Assembly (NCBI GenBank): GCA_965217865.1
Contig: CBDCJO010000001.1
Coordinates: forward strand, 32,001 to 96,000
From: Candidatus Latescibacterota bacterium
GTDB taxonomy: Bacteria; Latescibacterota; UBA2968; SICM01
Reading direction: 5' to 3'
Length of the DNA: 64,000 bases
Below the pieces are notes generated by a model. That model was not told the origin of the DNA, searched no databases, and worked only from the letters and a program-made list of their open reading frames with translations. Both the position numbers and the translations under genes were made by a program. Of this stretch, positions 40,272-50,569 are shown in pieces (within the stretch, counting starts at the first letter, position 1; the number at the start of each line of letters is the position of its first letter).

Positions 40272-41287
40272 ATGGTTAATTCTCAAATCGACATCAAGCC
40301 CTACCTGACAACCGAGATGCTTGCATCCCTTATTCACGAGCATCTGCCCGGGGGAGAACAAATCTCTTTCGAGCCGATACCAACGGAAAGTTTAACACAT
40401 CTTTCTTCGTACAGGTGGACGGCGAACCTCTGATCCTTCGAATCGCCCCACCCAGCGATTCTGTGTTCGTCTTCTATGAACGGAATATGATGAGGCAGGA
40501 ACCTGAGCTGCACCGCTTGCTTTCTGAAACCTCCGTACCCGTCGCGCGGATCCTTGCGTTTGACGATTCCCACAACTTGATCGATCGGGACTACCTTATC
40601 ATGGAACGCCTGCCGGGTTGGCCCCTTACTGAAATGTCCCGGATCGATCTGGACAGCACCCTCCGGCAGGTGGGCAGATCGCTTGCCGAAACTCACGGCC
40701 TTAGGGCGAAGGCCTACGGGTATCTTGGCGTACATCGGCCGATGAACCCCGCGACCACGTGGGCTGAAGCCTTCCTGACGATGTGGCACAAACTGATCGA
40801 CGATATCCTTGCCGTCCGTCAGTACACCCAGGAGGAATCCCGGCTCCTCCGAACCCTTCTCGACCATCACATTCCCAAGTTCGAAAGACCTGTTCCCTCC
40901 AGCCTCCTCCATATGGATGTCTGGCACCAGAATATTCTGGTAGATTCCACGGGAACCCTTACCGGGTTGGTGGACTGGGACAGAGCGCTCTGGGGGGATC
41001 CCGAGATCGAGTTCGCGGTTCTCCATTATTGCGGCTTATCGAAGCCGGCCTTCTGGGAAGGGTATGGTCCGAAGCGAGACTGCTCTGCGGAGGCCGGGAT
41101 CAGACAGGTCTTCTACCTTCTTTACGAAATCCAGAAATATATCGTCATCCGACTCGGCCGGAACAACGATCCGGGTGCTGCTCAGCGGTACAAAACACAG
41201 GTGATGGAAATCGCTCACCAACTCGGGGATGCGGTCCGTGGCGCACCGGGGGGTCCTTCGAATTCGAAAGTCCGAATCGCGAAGTGA
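40272..41287 (+). pseudogene. Aminoglycoside phosphotransferase/choline-kinase-like protein with an N-terminal frameshift
   Basis: LLHMDVWHQNIL and GLVDWD motifs; the upstream frame from ATG 40272 joins ...PT-GKFNTSFF only if one base is added at about 40385. Confidence 0.75.
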
Positions 41288-41356
41288 AACCCTCTTGTTT
41301 GCCCACCCGTCATTAATTTCATATCCCAATATGCCAATGGAATTTTCCGATTTCCA

Positions 41357-42565
41357 ATGAATTCGGTCCTTTATATCCTCACAGTTATTGCGATTGTCAG
41401 AACCGCACAGGCGATTGTCCAGGCCACGCGGTTCAGAAGGCTTTTCCAAAGGGCGAGGGACGAACCGGATGGGAACTTCACCCCCAAAGTCGCACTACTC
41501 GCGCCTTTCAAGGGGATGGATCCCGGCCTTCCCGACCAGCTCAGGGCTCTCCTTTCCCAGGAATATCCCGATTACGAAGTGATCTTCGTCTTGGAGTCGT
41601 CGGATGATCCCGCCGCCGGGCTGCTTCGTTCGGCGGTTGAGCGTTGCTCCGGTCATCGTTCAAAGCGGATCGCAACCGTCATCGCGGGGCCCTCCTCCGA
41701 CTGCGGGCAGAAGGTCCACAATCTCAAATCCGCCCTTCGACACGTCTCCCGGGACGTCGAAATCTATGCCTTTATCGATTCCGATGTTCTGCCCCATTCC
41801 GAATGGCTTCGCGGACTCGTGGCGCCGTTAAAGGATGAGGCGGTTGGCGTTTCAACCGGCTATCGATGGTTTCTTCCGGTTCGGGGGGGGCTTGCCTCCG
41901 GGATGTTGACCGCGTGGAACGCCCTGCCCCTCTCCCTGCTCAGCGATCCGAGATGGATATTCGCGTGGGGTGGTTCGATGGCCATTCGTCGCATGACATT
42001 CGAAGACATCGACGTATTGGGATATTGGTCAGGTTCGATAAGCGACGATTACGGCGTGACAAAGGCAGTCCGAAACGCCGGACTGAAAATCAGTTTCGTC
42101 CCCGCCTGCCTTGTCCTTTCGTTCCAGGACATGACCTGGGCCCAACTCTGGGAATTCATCTGTCGGCAATTCACCATTACCCGAATCTATGCCCCCGGTC
42201 TCTGGCGTATCGGGCTGATCTTCAGCGTGATCTACACCGGGGCCTTCTTTGTGAGCCCCCTTTTTGGGGCTATTGATTGGATGACGGCAGGTTCCGGCCT
42301 TCCCCTTTTAGTGGGATCCCTATTCCTCTGGGGGATGACAACCGTCATCGGATATCTCAGGTTGAGCACGGCCCGCCTTCGGTTTCCCGGCCATGTCCCT
42401 GCACATCGCAAGACCGCCCTCGCCCAGATTCTTGGCGGCCCTTTCCTTGCCCCGATAAATCTGTTTAGCCTCATCATCGCGGGCTTTTCTCGGAGAATTA
42501 AGTGGCGGGGAATCACTTATCATATACGGAGCGCAAGCGAAGTCTCGATCCTCGCCAGAGAGTAA
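41357..42565 (+). CDS. Glycosyltransferase family 21 (ceramide glucosyltransferase/HpnI-like)
   Basis: N-terminal TM, P.KG.D, Q.YP.YEV, KVHNL, DSD, GGSMA, DD, ..RQ, C-terminal WRG..Y. Confidence 0.85.
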   Translation: MNSVLYILTVIAIVRTAQAIVQATRFRRLFQRARDEPDGNFTPKVALLAPFKGMDPGLPDQLRALLSQEYPDYEVIFVLESSDDPAAGLLRSAVERCSGHRSKRIATVIAGPSSDCGQKVHNLKSALRHVSRDVEIYAFIDSDVLPHSEWLRGLVAPLKDEAVGVSTGYRWFLPVRGGLASGMLTAWNALPLSLLSDPRWIFAWGGSMAIRRMTFEDIDVLGYWSGSISDDYGVTKAVRNAGLKISFVPACLVLSFQDMTWAQLWEFICRQFTITRIYAPGLWRIGLIFSVIYTGAFFVSPLFGAIDWMTAGSGLPLLVGSLFLWGMTTVIGYLRLSTARLRFPGHVPAHRKTALAQILGGPFLAPINLFSLIIAGFSRRIKWRGITYHIRSASEVSILARE

Positions 42566-42631
42566 ACGTGAATCATCTTCAGCCTCTGAGAGGATTCAAC
42601 CTTTTATCACCTAATTTTGGTGCGAGCTTTT

Positions 42632-43792
42632 ATGAAACCATTGAACCTGCTTCCTGAGCTGAGCCTACCGATTCTCGGAAGCAAGGCCTTCAACATGCTC
42701 ATCTTCTTTGTCACCTCCCGGTGCAACGCCGTCTGCCGGACTTGTTTCTACTGGGACAGCCTCAACCAACAGGGTGATCTCAGTTTCGCTGAGATCCGCC
42801 GGATCTCAGCCACCATGCCTCAATTCACAGATCTCTGGCTTTCGGGGGGAGAGCCGACCCTGAGGGAGGAGCTTGTCGAAATCATCGATCTCTTCTGCAC
42901 CAATAATCGGGTCTCCACAGTCCGTCTCCCCACAAATGGTCTCTTGGCCGACCGGCTCGTTGATATCGTCGAGGAGGTCTTCGCGCGCCATCCGGGATTG
43001 ACCTTCCATATCAACTTGGCGTTGGACGGCTACGGAGAGACGCACGATCGGATCCGGGGGGTCCCCGGAAATTTTGACAAGGCATCTGAGAGCATTCGGA
43101 AGCTTTCGGTTCTGAGGTCTCGATATCCCAGCTTCTTTCTTTTTGTGAATTCGGTAATCTGCAAAGAGAATCACCACCAGTTGATCGAATTGGGCGACTT
43201 CATCAGGGACAATTTTGATGTGGATGGCCATTACTTCCAGATCATACGCGGTAACGCGATGGAAAAGGGCTTGTTGAACGTCCCCCTGGAAAGCTTGAAA
43301 GCAATCTATCGGAACGCGATGACCCTGAACCGCCACTATCTCGCCCGGACGCGTCAGAAACCCCCGGGATTTCCGCGTTCCGTCTTCGAGCCCTTTTATC
43401 TGGGCACTTATCTCTTCACACTCGAAACTCAATTCGACAACGCGGCCAGTAACCAGCGCTGGGCAATGCCCTGCCTCGCCGGAACCACCTCAGCAGCCCT
43501 CGATTTCGACGGAAAACTCCGCATCTGCGAACTTCGGGAGCCCGTTGGAAACCTTCGCGACTACGACTGCGACTTCAACCGGCTCTGGGAATCGAAGATG
43601 ATGAAGGATGAAGTAACCCAGATGCGAAAGGACAAGTGCGATTGCACCCACATCTGCTTTATGTACAACAGCCTGAAATCCAGCCCCCGGGCAACATTCT
43701 GGGAAATTCCGAAGCGCTATCTGAAATTCAGAGCGCACAAAGAACAATTCTCGTGGCTGGGAAATGGGGGAAAACAGCTGCAGTCTGAGTGA
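42632..43792 (+). CDS. Radical SAM protein with SPASM/twitch-like C-terminus
   Basis: CNAVCRTC, SGGEP, TNG, HDRIRG, C.AG...G....CE...GN, C.C.H.C. Confidence 0.9.
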   Translation: MKPLNLLPELSLPILGSKAFNMLIFFVTSRCNAVCRTCFYWDSLNQQGDLSFAEIRRISATMPQFTDLWLSGGEPTLREELVEIIDLFCTNNRVSTVRLPTNGLLADRLVDIVEEVFARHPGLTFHINLALDGYGETHDRIRGVPGNFDKASESIRKLSVLRSRYPSFFLFVNSVICKENHHQLIELGDFIRDNFDVDGHYFQIIRGNAMEKGLLNVPLESLKAIYRNAMTLNRHYLARTRQKPPGFPRSVFEPFYLGTYLFTLETQFDNAASNQRWAMPCLAGTTSAALDFDGKLRICELREPVGNLRDYDCDFNRLWESKMMKDEVTQMRKDKCDCTHICFMYNSLKSSPRATFWEIPKRYLKFRAHKEQFSWLGNGGKQLQSE

Positions 43793-43914
43793 CAGAACAT
43801 ACGATTCTATTTATTTCCAACCGATACTGCCACTGCTACTGCCTTTTCCCGTCTCACGTCTCCCGATTTCACGTTTGACGGTCTTTCGTCAATCTTCAAT
43901 ATTAAATTTCTTAG

Positions 43915-44853
43915 ATGACCGCCTTTCTTTTCCATCCCGACTGTCTGAGACACGATGCGGGCCCCAATCACCCGGAGCGTCCGGATCGATTGCGGGCTAT
44001 CCTTCGTCAGGTTGAATCAAGCGGGCTTTCGGATCGCCTCCTTAAAATCTCACCTGAAAAAGCGGATGTCGAATGGATCCGAGAAATTCATGAACCCGGC
44101 TACATCCAACACGTGGAAGAGACTTCCAGGCAGGGGGGTGGTTGTTTCGACGGTGATACGTTTGCCTCCTCGGCCTCTTACGACGCAGCCCTTTACGGCG
44201 CAGGGGCCGCGCTGATGGCAGTCGACACCGTGATCTCCGGAGAGGCTTCCAACGCCGTGTGTGCCATACGGCCTCCCGGCCATCACGCCGAACGGGATCG
44301 GGCCATGGGCTTCTGCCTTTTCAATAACGTCGCAATCGCAGCCCGCTATGCCCAGAAGAGACACGGTCTGGAAAGGGTGATGATAATCGATTGGGACGTT
44401 CATCACGGCAACGGCACACAACACGCTTTTGAAGACGACCCTTCCGTTTTCTTTTTCAGCACACATCAATACCCGTTCTATCCCGGCACAGGTGGGCCGT
44501 TTGAGATTGGGACCGGTTCTGGGGAGGGCTTTGTCCTGAACGTTCCGCTGCCCGCTGGCAGTGGAGACGATGAATACGAATCCGTATTCCGGAAGAAGTT
44601 ACGCCCCAAAGCAGACGCGTTCCGGCCTGAGCTGGTCCTCGTTTCTGCGGGGTTCGACGCCCACCAAGACGATCCCCTTGCGTCGATGAGCCTAACCGAA
44701 AGGGGTTTTGAAGTGATGACCAAGACCGTAAAAGGCATCGCTGCGGACCATTCAGAAGGACGCCTCGTTTCCCTCCTGGAAGGGGGTTACGATCTCAATG
44801 CACTCGCAAGATCCGTCGAAGTCCATATCCGCGCCTTGATGGAAAAGCCGTGA
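43915..44853 (+). CDS. Histone deacetylase family protein
   Basis: HPERPDR, RPPGHHA, GFCLFNN, DWDVHHGNGTQ, SAGFDAH..D, LEGGY. Confidence 0.95.
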   Translation: MTAFLFHPDCLRHDAGPNHPERPDRLRAILRQVESSGLSDRLLKISPEKADVEWIREIHEPGYIQHVEETSRQGGGCFDGDTFASSASYDAALYGAGAALMAVDTVISGEASNAVCAIRPPGHHAERDRAMGFCLFNNVAIAARYAQKRHGLERVMIIDWDVHHGNGTQHAFEDDPSVFFFSTHQYPFYPGTGGPFEIGTGSGEGFVLNVPLPAGSGDDEYESVFRKKLRPKADAFRPELVLVSAGFDAHQDDPLASMSLTERGFEVMTKTVKGIAADHSEGRLVSLLEGGYDLNALARSVEVHIRALMEKP

Positions 44854-44898
44854 AGCGTATTTCACCAGGGACGAAAACCGCCTCTCCGTTCACGATTC

Positions 44899-45762
44899 AT
44901 GGGGGTAAATAAATTGAAAAGAACCATCGCTTTTCAGGGTGAACTGGGGGCTTATAGTGAACTCGCGGCCAGGGAGTTCTTCCGGGCGGACCTTGAGGTG
45001 ATCCCCAGGCCGACATTCGAGGATGTATTCTCATCCGTCGGTTCAGGGAAATGCGATCGAGGCATTATCCCCATCGAAAATTCCCTCGCAGGCAGCATAC
45101 ATCAGAACTACGACCTTCTCCTCAAGCAACGTCTTCATATCATCGGGGAGATCAAGCTCCGGATTGTTCATACCCTCATCGTAAACCCCGGTGTGAAGCT
45201 TTCGGACTTGCTCCGGATCTACTCCCACCCTCAGGCGCTTGCACAGTGCGACCGGTTTATCAGATCTCTGAAACGGGTCGAGGCCGTGCCCGTCTATGAC
45301 ACCGCCGGTGCCGTCAAGATGATCAAAGAGGACGGCGTCCGCGACGGAGCGGCCATCGCAAGTGCACAAGCGGCAGCCGACTACGGGTTGAAAATCCTGA
45401 AGACAGCGATCGAAAGTGATCATCAGAATTTCACCCGGTTCCTGATCCTTTCCAGGAAGCGGGCCCCGAGGACGGAAAACGCGAAGACATCCATCGTCTT
45501 TGCAACCAAGAATGTCCCCGGCGCCCTGTTTAAGAGCCTCAGCGTCTTCTCCCTGCGGGACATCAACCTGCTCAAGATCGAATCACGTCCGATCAGAGGA
45601 AAACCGTGGGAGTATTTTTTCTATCTCGATTTCGAAGGCAATTTTAAAGACCGGGATTGCGCCAGGGCCCTCGAACACTTGAAAGAGATTTCCTCCTCCG
45701 TCCGCGTGCTCGGTTCCTACGAAAAAGGGCGGGAGGCCGACGAGCGGGTGCACAAGCGTTAG
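44899..45762 (+). CDS. pheA: Prephenate dehydratase
   Basis: QGELGAYS, PIENS, SHPQAL.QC, NFTRF, ACT-domain KIESRP. Confidence 0.95.
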   Translation: MGVNKLKRTIAFQGELGAYSELAAREFFRADLEVIPRPTFEDVFSSVGSGKCDRGIIPIENSLAGSIHQNYDLLLKQRLHIIGEIKLRIVHTLIVNPGVKLSDLLRIYSHPQALAQCDRFIRSLKRVEAVPVYDTAGAVKMIKEDGVRDGAAIASAQAAADYGLKILKTAIESDHQNFTRFLILSRKRAPRTENAKTSIVFATKNVPGALFKSLSVFSLRDINLLKIESRPIRGKPWEYFFYLDFEGNFKDRDCARALEHLKEISSSVRVLGSYEKGREADERVHKR

Positions 45763-45778
45763 ACCGAAGAATGGAAGG

Positions 45779-46723
45779 ATGAAAATGCTTGCAGATGAGC
45801 AACTTGAGTTTTTTCGCAGGGAAGGTTACCTGATTGCGAAGAAGATCATCAGCGAACCCTTCATCTTCGACCTGCAAAAGGATATCGAATACGTGATCGA
45901 CGCACAGGCGAAGACTCTTAAGGCCGATGGAAAGATCGAGGATCTCTACGAAGACCTCGACTTTCTCCACAGGGCCGCGCAGCTCCATAAGCAGTCCCCG
46001 GAAATCCTTTCCCCCCTCAACCTTTACGCGGGGGTGGGCATCTTTCGGTTGATCACCTGTCCCGATCTCTTGGAGGTCGTGGAACAGCTCCTCGGACCCG
46101 AGATTGTCGCTTCCAGCGTATTCCGAATGCGCCCCAAGCTCCCGCATCGGCCGGAAGGGATCGTCCCCTGGCATCAGGATTCCGGCTACTTCGACCCCTG
46201 TGGAGATAACCACCTGATCGTCACAGCCTGGATGCCACTTATGAACGCCACGGTGGAAACCGGCTGCATGGAAGTCCTTCCGCAAAGCCACCGTCACGGC
46301 GTCCTTCGGCACTACTGGGCCGAGACATCCGCGCCCAGCCTGAGCGTCCATCCGGATCACATGCCCGGGACCGACCCGGTGCCAGTACCGGCGGATGTCG
46401 GAGACGTCGTGCTGATGACCAATCTGACCTGCCACCGTTCGACAGGGAACGTTTCCGGCCTGATCCGCTGGGCAACGGACATCCGATACAACGCCCCTGA
46501 AGCGGGCGACTATTATCCGTGGGAAGCTGAATTTGTCGCCCGAAGCCCATCTCACCCTGAAAAAGTGGTCTCCGATCCGGAGGCGTTCGAGCGAATCCGG
46601 ACCGAGCACAAGAGACCGACCGGATCTAACCGCAAACGTCCGTGGTTAAAACAAAAGGAAGAGACCTTCATGGAGCCGCCTCAGGTCTGGGTAATTCCCG
46701 CCGACAAGCCCGAGATCTCTTGA
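45779..46723 (+). CDS. Phytanoyl-CoA dioxygenase family protein
   Basis: PWHQD, TAWMPL..AT...GC, GDV....LT.HRS..N.S..IR. Confidence 0.9.
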   Translation: MKMLADEQLEFFRREGYLIAKKIISEPFIFDLQKDIEYVIDAQAKTLKADGKIEDLYEDLDFLHRAAQLHKQSPEILSPLNLYAGVGIFRLITCPDLLEVVEQLLGPEIVASSVFRMRPKLPHRPEGIVPWHQDSGYFDPCGDNHLIVTAWMPLMNATVETGCMEVLPQSHRHGVLRHYWAETSAPSLSVHPDHMPGTDPVPVPADVGDVVLMTNLTCHRSTGNVSGLIRWATDIRYNAPEAGDYYPWEAEFVARSPSHPEKVVSDPEAFERIRTEHKRPTGSNRKRPWLKQKEETFMEPPQVWVIPADKPEIS

Positions 46724-46775
46724 ATCCGCGGTCCTCTTGGGCCTCGTTGATCCTTCTTGATCGGAAGGCCGAATA

Positions 46776-47141
46776 ATGCTTTTCCCCTTCCTCGCCGACG
46801 CCGTCGTGATGATCCATCTCTGGTTTGTCGCCTTCACTCTCATGGGCGGCCTTCTGATGGTATGGTGGAATCGAATCGCCTGGATTCACATCCCCGCGGT
46901 CCTGTGGGCCACGACTGTCGAGTTGATGGGTTGGACCTGTCCCCTGACCCCGCTTGAAAACTGGCTCCGCACGAAGGGTGGACTTCCCGGTTATGGATCG
47001 AGCTTTGTCGAGGAATATATTGTCCCCCTGCTCTATCCCGGGGGTATGACAAGAAGGACCCAATTAATCCTCGGAGCCGCGGTATTGGCCGTTAGCCTGG
47101 GGATCTACAGTTGGATCTATTCGAAAAGGGAACAAACTTGA
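46776..47141 (+). CDS. DUF2784 family membrane protein
   Basis: ADAV..IH..F..F, CPLTPLEN.LR, F...YI.PLLYP. Confidence 0.85.
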   Translation: MLFPFLADAVVMIHLWFVAFTLMGGLLMVWWNRIAWIHIPAVLWATTVELMGWTCPLTPLENWLRTKGGLPGYGSSFVEEYIVPLLYPGGMTRRTQLILGAAVLAVSLGIYSWIYSKREQT

Positions 47142-48595
47142 ATCACCCGGATCCCGCAATCGCAAAAGCGATGAAAGCGATGGAGGCCACGGCCCCCACG
47201 GCTGATGCCGATCCCACCCGGCCCATCTATCATTTCCGCCCCCCTGCCGGCTGGATGAACGACGTCAACGGCCCCCTTTTTCACAAGGGATACTTCCACA
47301 TCTTCTATCAGCTCAACCCATATGACGTCATATTGAAACACGTCCATTGGGGGCATGCCCGAAGCAGGGACCTGGTCACCTGGGAGCATCTTCCGATCGC
47401 CCTTGCCCCGGATGTGGAAGGCGGTGAAGTCCACTGCGCCTCCGGCACCGCCTGCTTCAACCGCCGGGATGAGCCGATGATCTTTTACACCCGTTTCACG
47501 CCGGACCCGACGGTGGAACCCTATGATCAACGCGCGGCACTTGGTGACGAAGACCTGATCCGATGGAAAAAACATCCCACAAATCCGATCCTCAGCCTCA
47601 AGTCCCACGGCGAACCCGATTTTTCCTACAAGTGGCGGGATCCCTTCGTTTTCGAGCAGGATGGCCGGACTTTCATGATTGTCGGCGCCGCGGAGGCGGG
47701 AACCCCTATCTATGAGGCTCAAGACAAAGGATTCATCCAATGGGCCTACCGGGGATTGATGTCGAACGTGAGTGCCGAGTGCCCCAATTTTGTCCGGCTG
47801 GGGGACGAATGGATGTTGATTACCTCCCCTTGGAACCCGGTCGAATACCACATCGGTTCATTCGATCTGAAGAACCTGACATTCGAGCCGCGGAGCAGCG
47901 GTCGGATCGAAGACGCGGGGATCTTTTACGGCACCAATCTCCTTTTTGACCTGCGGGAACGTTGCATCTTCCTTGGACGGTTCCTCGGATTCGAGGATGG
48001 CCGGGCGTGGAACGGGTGCATGGCCCTTCCCCGGATCCTCTCGATCGGTCCCGACGGCCGTCCGAGGCAGGTACCCTTGCCGGAACTCGAAATTTTACGC
48101 AGTGAGTCCTTCTCCAGAAGCGATATCGGCCTGTCCGACGAATTTCGGGTGATCGAAGAGATCGAGGGGGACACCCTGGAGATTCTCTCCGAGTTCGAGC
48201 CGGGGGATGCGAAAAGCATCGGTCTGGAGGTCCGACGGTCGGGGGATGGCAAACGCGCGATCACCGTCAGGTACGAAGACGGAAAGATCGACATTGCTGG
48301 CCCCCCCGGGTCCCTAATTTTCGTCCAACCTGGGGATGAAGGTGGGCGTGGCAGGAAGATCCGGTCTTCCAGATTCGATTTTCCCTTCAAACGGAACCCG
48401 GATGAAAAAACCTTGAAACTCCACGTTTTTTTGGATCGGTCTGTGATGGAAGTCTTCGTCAACGACGGACGATCCGTGGCAACCCCGATCATCTACCCAA
48501 ATGAAGGCGATCTGGGTCTGGCCGTCTTCGCCCGGGGTGGGACCGCCCGACTGCGATCCTTGAGCGCGTGGAAGATGAAGTCAATCTGGTCGTGA
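47138..48595 (+). CDS. Glycoside hydrolase family 32 (beta-fructofuranosidase-like)
   Basis: WMNDVNG, WGHARSRDL, RDP, ECP, D.S..EVF.N.G. Confidence 0.93.
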   Translation: MNHPDPAIAKAMKAMEATAPTADADPTRPIYHFRPPAGWMNDVNGPLFHKGYFHIFYQLNPYDVILKHVHWGHARSRDLVTWEHLPIALAPDVEGGEVHCASGTACFNRRDEPMIFYTRFTPDPTVEPYDQRAALGDEDLIRWKKHPTNPILSLKSHGEPDFSYKWRDPFVFEQDGRTFMIVGAAEAGTPIYEAQDKGFIQWAYRGLMSNVSAECPNFVRLGDEWMLITSPWNPVEYHIGSFDLKNLTFEPRSSGRIEDAGIFYGTNLLFDLRERCIFLGRFLGFEDGRAWNGCMALPRILSIGPDGRPRQVPLPELEILRSESFSRSDIGLSDEFRVIEEIEGDTLEILSEFEPGDAKSIGLEVRRSGDGKRAITVRYEDGKIDIAGPPGSLIFVQPGDEGGRGRKIRSSRFDFPFKRNPDEKTLKLHVFLDRSVMEVFVNDGRSVATPIIYPNEGDLGLAVFARGGTARLRSLSAWKMKSIWS

Positions 48596-48817
48596 TTCGT
48601 GATTCGTGATTCGTGATTCGTGATTCGTGATTCGTGATTCGTGATTCGTGATTCGTGATTCGTGATTCGTGATTCGTGATTCGTGATTCGTGATTCGTGA
48701 TTCGTGATTCGTGATTCGTGATTCGTGATTCGTGATTCGTGATTCGTGATTCGTGATTCGTGATTCGTGATTCGTGATTCGTGATTCGTGATTCGTGATT
48801 CGTGATTCGTGATTCGT
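48590..48817 (+). repeat. Perfect heptamer tandem array (TCGTGAT)32 plus TCGT
   Basis: 224 bp of uninterrupted 7-mer from 48590 to 48813; the first unit contains the GH32 stop codon. Confidence 0.97.
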
Positions 48818-48924
48818 TAAAAATCGATGCGAATTTTTTGAGGAATAGTCAAAGGTTTTTGAATGGATTCAGATTAGTGGCTTTTCCGAACCACGATCCA
48901 CGGCCTTTCCAATCCCCGGATTTC

Positions 48925-50508
48925 ATGATATCAGCTCTTTCTATAATCATCATCGGCGCGGGCCACAATGGACTGGTGGCAGCCAACTACCTCGCTATGG
49001 CCGGGGCCAGGGTCACACTGCTCGAGCGGCGGGAATTCGTCGGTGGGGCCTGCATCACCGAGGAGCTTTTTCCCGGATTCCGGGTCTCCTCCTGTTCATA
49101 CGTGTGTCACATCCTCCAGGGAAAGGTCATCGACGATCTGGAGATCAGGAAGCACGGTTTTGAAATCCATTCGCTGAACCCCTCCCGCTTTCATCCTTTT
49201 CCGGATGGCCATCACATCCTGACGTGGCAGGATCATGAACGCAACGTCGAGGAGATCCGTCGGATCGCACCGGGGGATCTCGATGGATATCGCAAATGGA
49301 CCGAGTTCTGGAAAAGAGCATCCGGAATCCTTTACCGTTACTTCCTGACCGATCCTCCCACCCTGGCCGAGGTGGCAGGCGCCGTCATGGGCACTCCGGA
49401 TGAAGAGGTATTCGAACGGATGCTCACAGGCAACATGAAGGACCTGGTCCATGAACACTTCGGCTCCGAATTACTCCGGGCATCCTTCATCGAAGCCCAC
49501 GATTCGGGAGATGTCAGGGCGCCGGGGAGCATCATGGCGGTCGCATACATCAAATGCAATCAATTCACGGAACCTGGAAATCTTGGAATACCTGTGGGAG
49601 GAATGGGGGGAATCACTCAGGCCCTCGAAAAGGCGGCCCGGGCCAGGAATGTGCGGATCAGGACAGGGGTGGAAGTCGAACGGATTTCGATCCAGAACGA
49701 AAAAGCCACAGGCGTGGTTCTCGTCGGCGGAGAAAGGCTTGAGGCGGACGTCATCCTTTCCAATGCCGACCCCAAGCGAACATTCCTGACCCTCTTGGAC
49801 GGGACCGCAGTGGAGCCGGGGTTTAAAGACCGCATCCGGCGGTTGAAAACCGAGGTCTCCTGCCTGAAATTCCACTGTTCCCTTCGGGAGTTGCCCGATT
49901 TCTCAAGTTATCTCGGACCGAATCACGACCCCCAACTCCTTGGGTATATACGGATATGTCCCTCGGTTTCTTATTTCGAGAACAGTTGGCTCGAAGCGCG
50001 CGGCGGTGCGCCTTCCAGCCACCCGATCATGGCTATCCAGATCCCTTCTGTCTACGATACCACACTCACCCCGCCGGGGAAGCACGTCATGTCCATCTGG
50101 TCACTCTACGCACCGGTTCATCTGGCCGAAGGGACCTGGGACGATGCTAAGCGGCGTGTGGGCGAACAGCTCATCGAAGTCATAGCTCAATATGCTCCGA
50201 ACATCCGGGAGGCCATCATCGACTGGGAACTTTTTACGCCCCTGGATCTTGAACGCCGAGTGTATCTGACCGACGGGAACATCCGTCACCTGGATATCAT
50301 TCCGGGCCAGATGCTCGCTCAGCGCCCGAACCGCGAACTATCAGGCTACAGGACCCCAGTGGCCGGCTTATACCTCTGCGGGGCGGGAACCCATCCGGGT
50401 GGCGAGGTCACGGGGGCACCGGGCCATAACGCGGCCAGGGCGGTAATGCGGGATTTTAATATCGCACACAAGACCCTTCTGGATCCTGCTCCTGAACATA
50501 TTGCTTAA
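48925..50508 (+). CDS. Phytoene dehydrogenase-like FAD oxidoreductase
   Basis: IGAGHNGL, ERR..VGGA, GGMGGI, TP.DLE, LYLCGAGTHPGG.V.GAPG.NAA. Confidence 0.9.
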   Translation: MISALSIIIIGAGHNGLVAANYLAMAGARVTLLERREFVGGACITEELFPGFRVSSCSYVCHILQGKVIDDLEIRKHGFEIHSLNPSRFHPFPDGHHILTWQDHERNVEEIRRIAPGDLDGYRKWTEFWKRASGILYRYFLTDPPTLAEVAGAVMGTPDEEVFERMLTGNMKDLVHEHFGSELLRASFIEAHDSGDVRAPGSIMAVAYIKCNQFTEPGNLGIPVGGMGGITQALEKAARARNVRIRTGVEVERISIQNEKATGVVLVGGERLEADVILSNADPKRTFLTLLDGTAVEPGFKDRIRRLKTEVSCLKFHCSLRELPDFSSYLGPNHDPQLLGYIRICPSVSYFENSWLEARGGAPSSHPIMAIQIPSVYDTTLTPPGKHVMSIWSLYAPVHLAEGTWDDAKRRVGEQLIEVIAQYAPNIREAIIDWELFTPLDLERRVYLTDGNIRHLDIIPGQMLAQRPNRELSGYRTPVAGLYLCGAGTHPGGEVTGAPGHNAARAVMRDFNIAHKTLLDPAPEHIA

Positions 50509-50569
50509 GGAGTTGTCACGGTGCGGGGCGCTCCGCCGCTGCCAGGACATAGCTGAGTAAGAAACCCCC

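Noticed and set aside
48590-48817. Possible CRISPR array
   Set aside because: It is a pure 7-mer tandem repeat with no spacers, and there are no cas genes in the window.
48802-48924. N-terminal extension of the FAD oxidoreductase starting inside the repeat
   Set aside because: The start comes from the repeat GTG, and the Rossmann motif fits ATG 48925.
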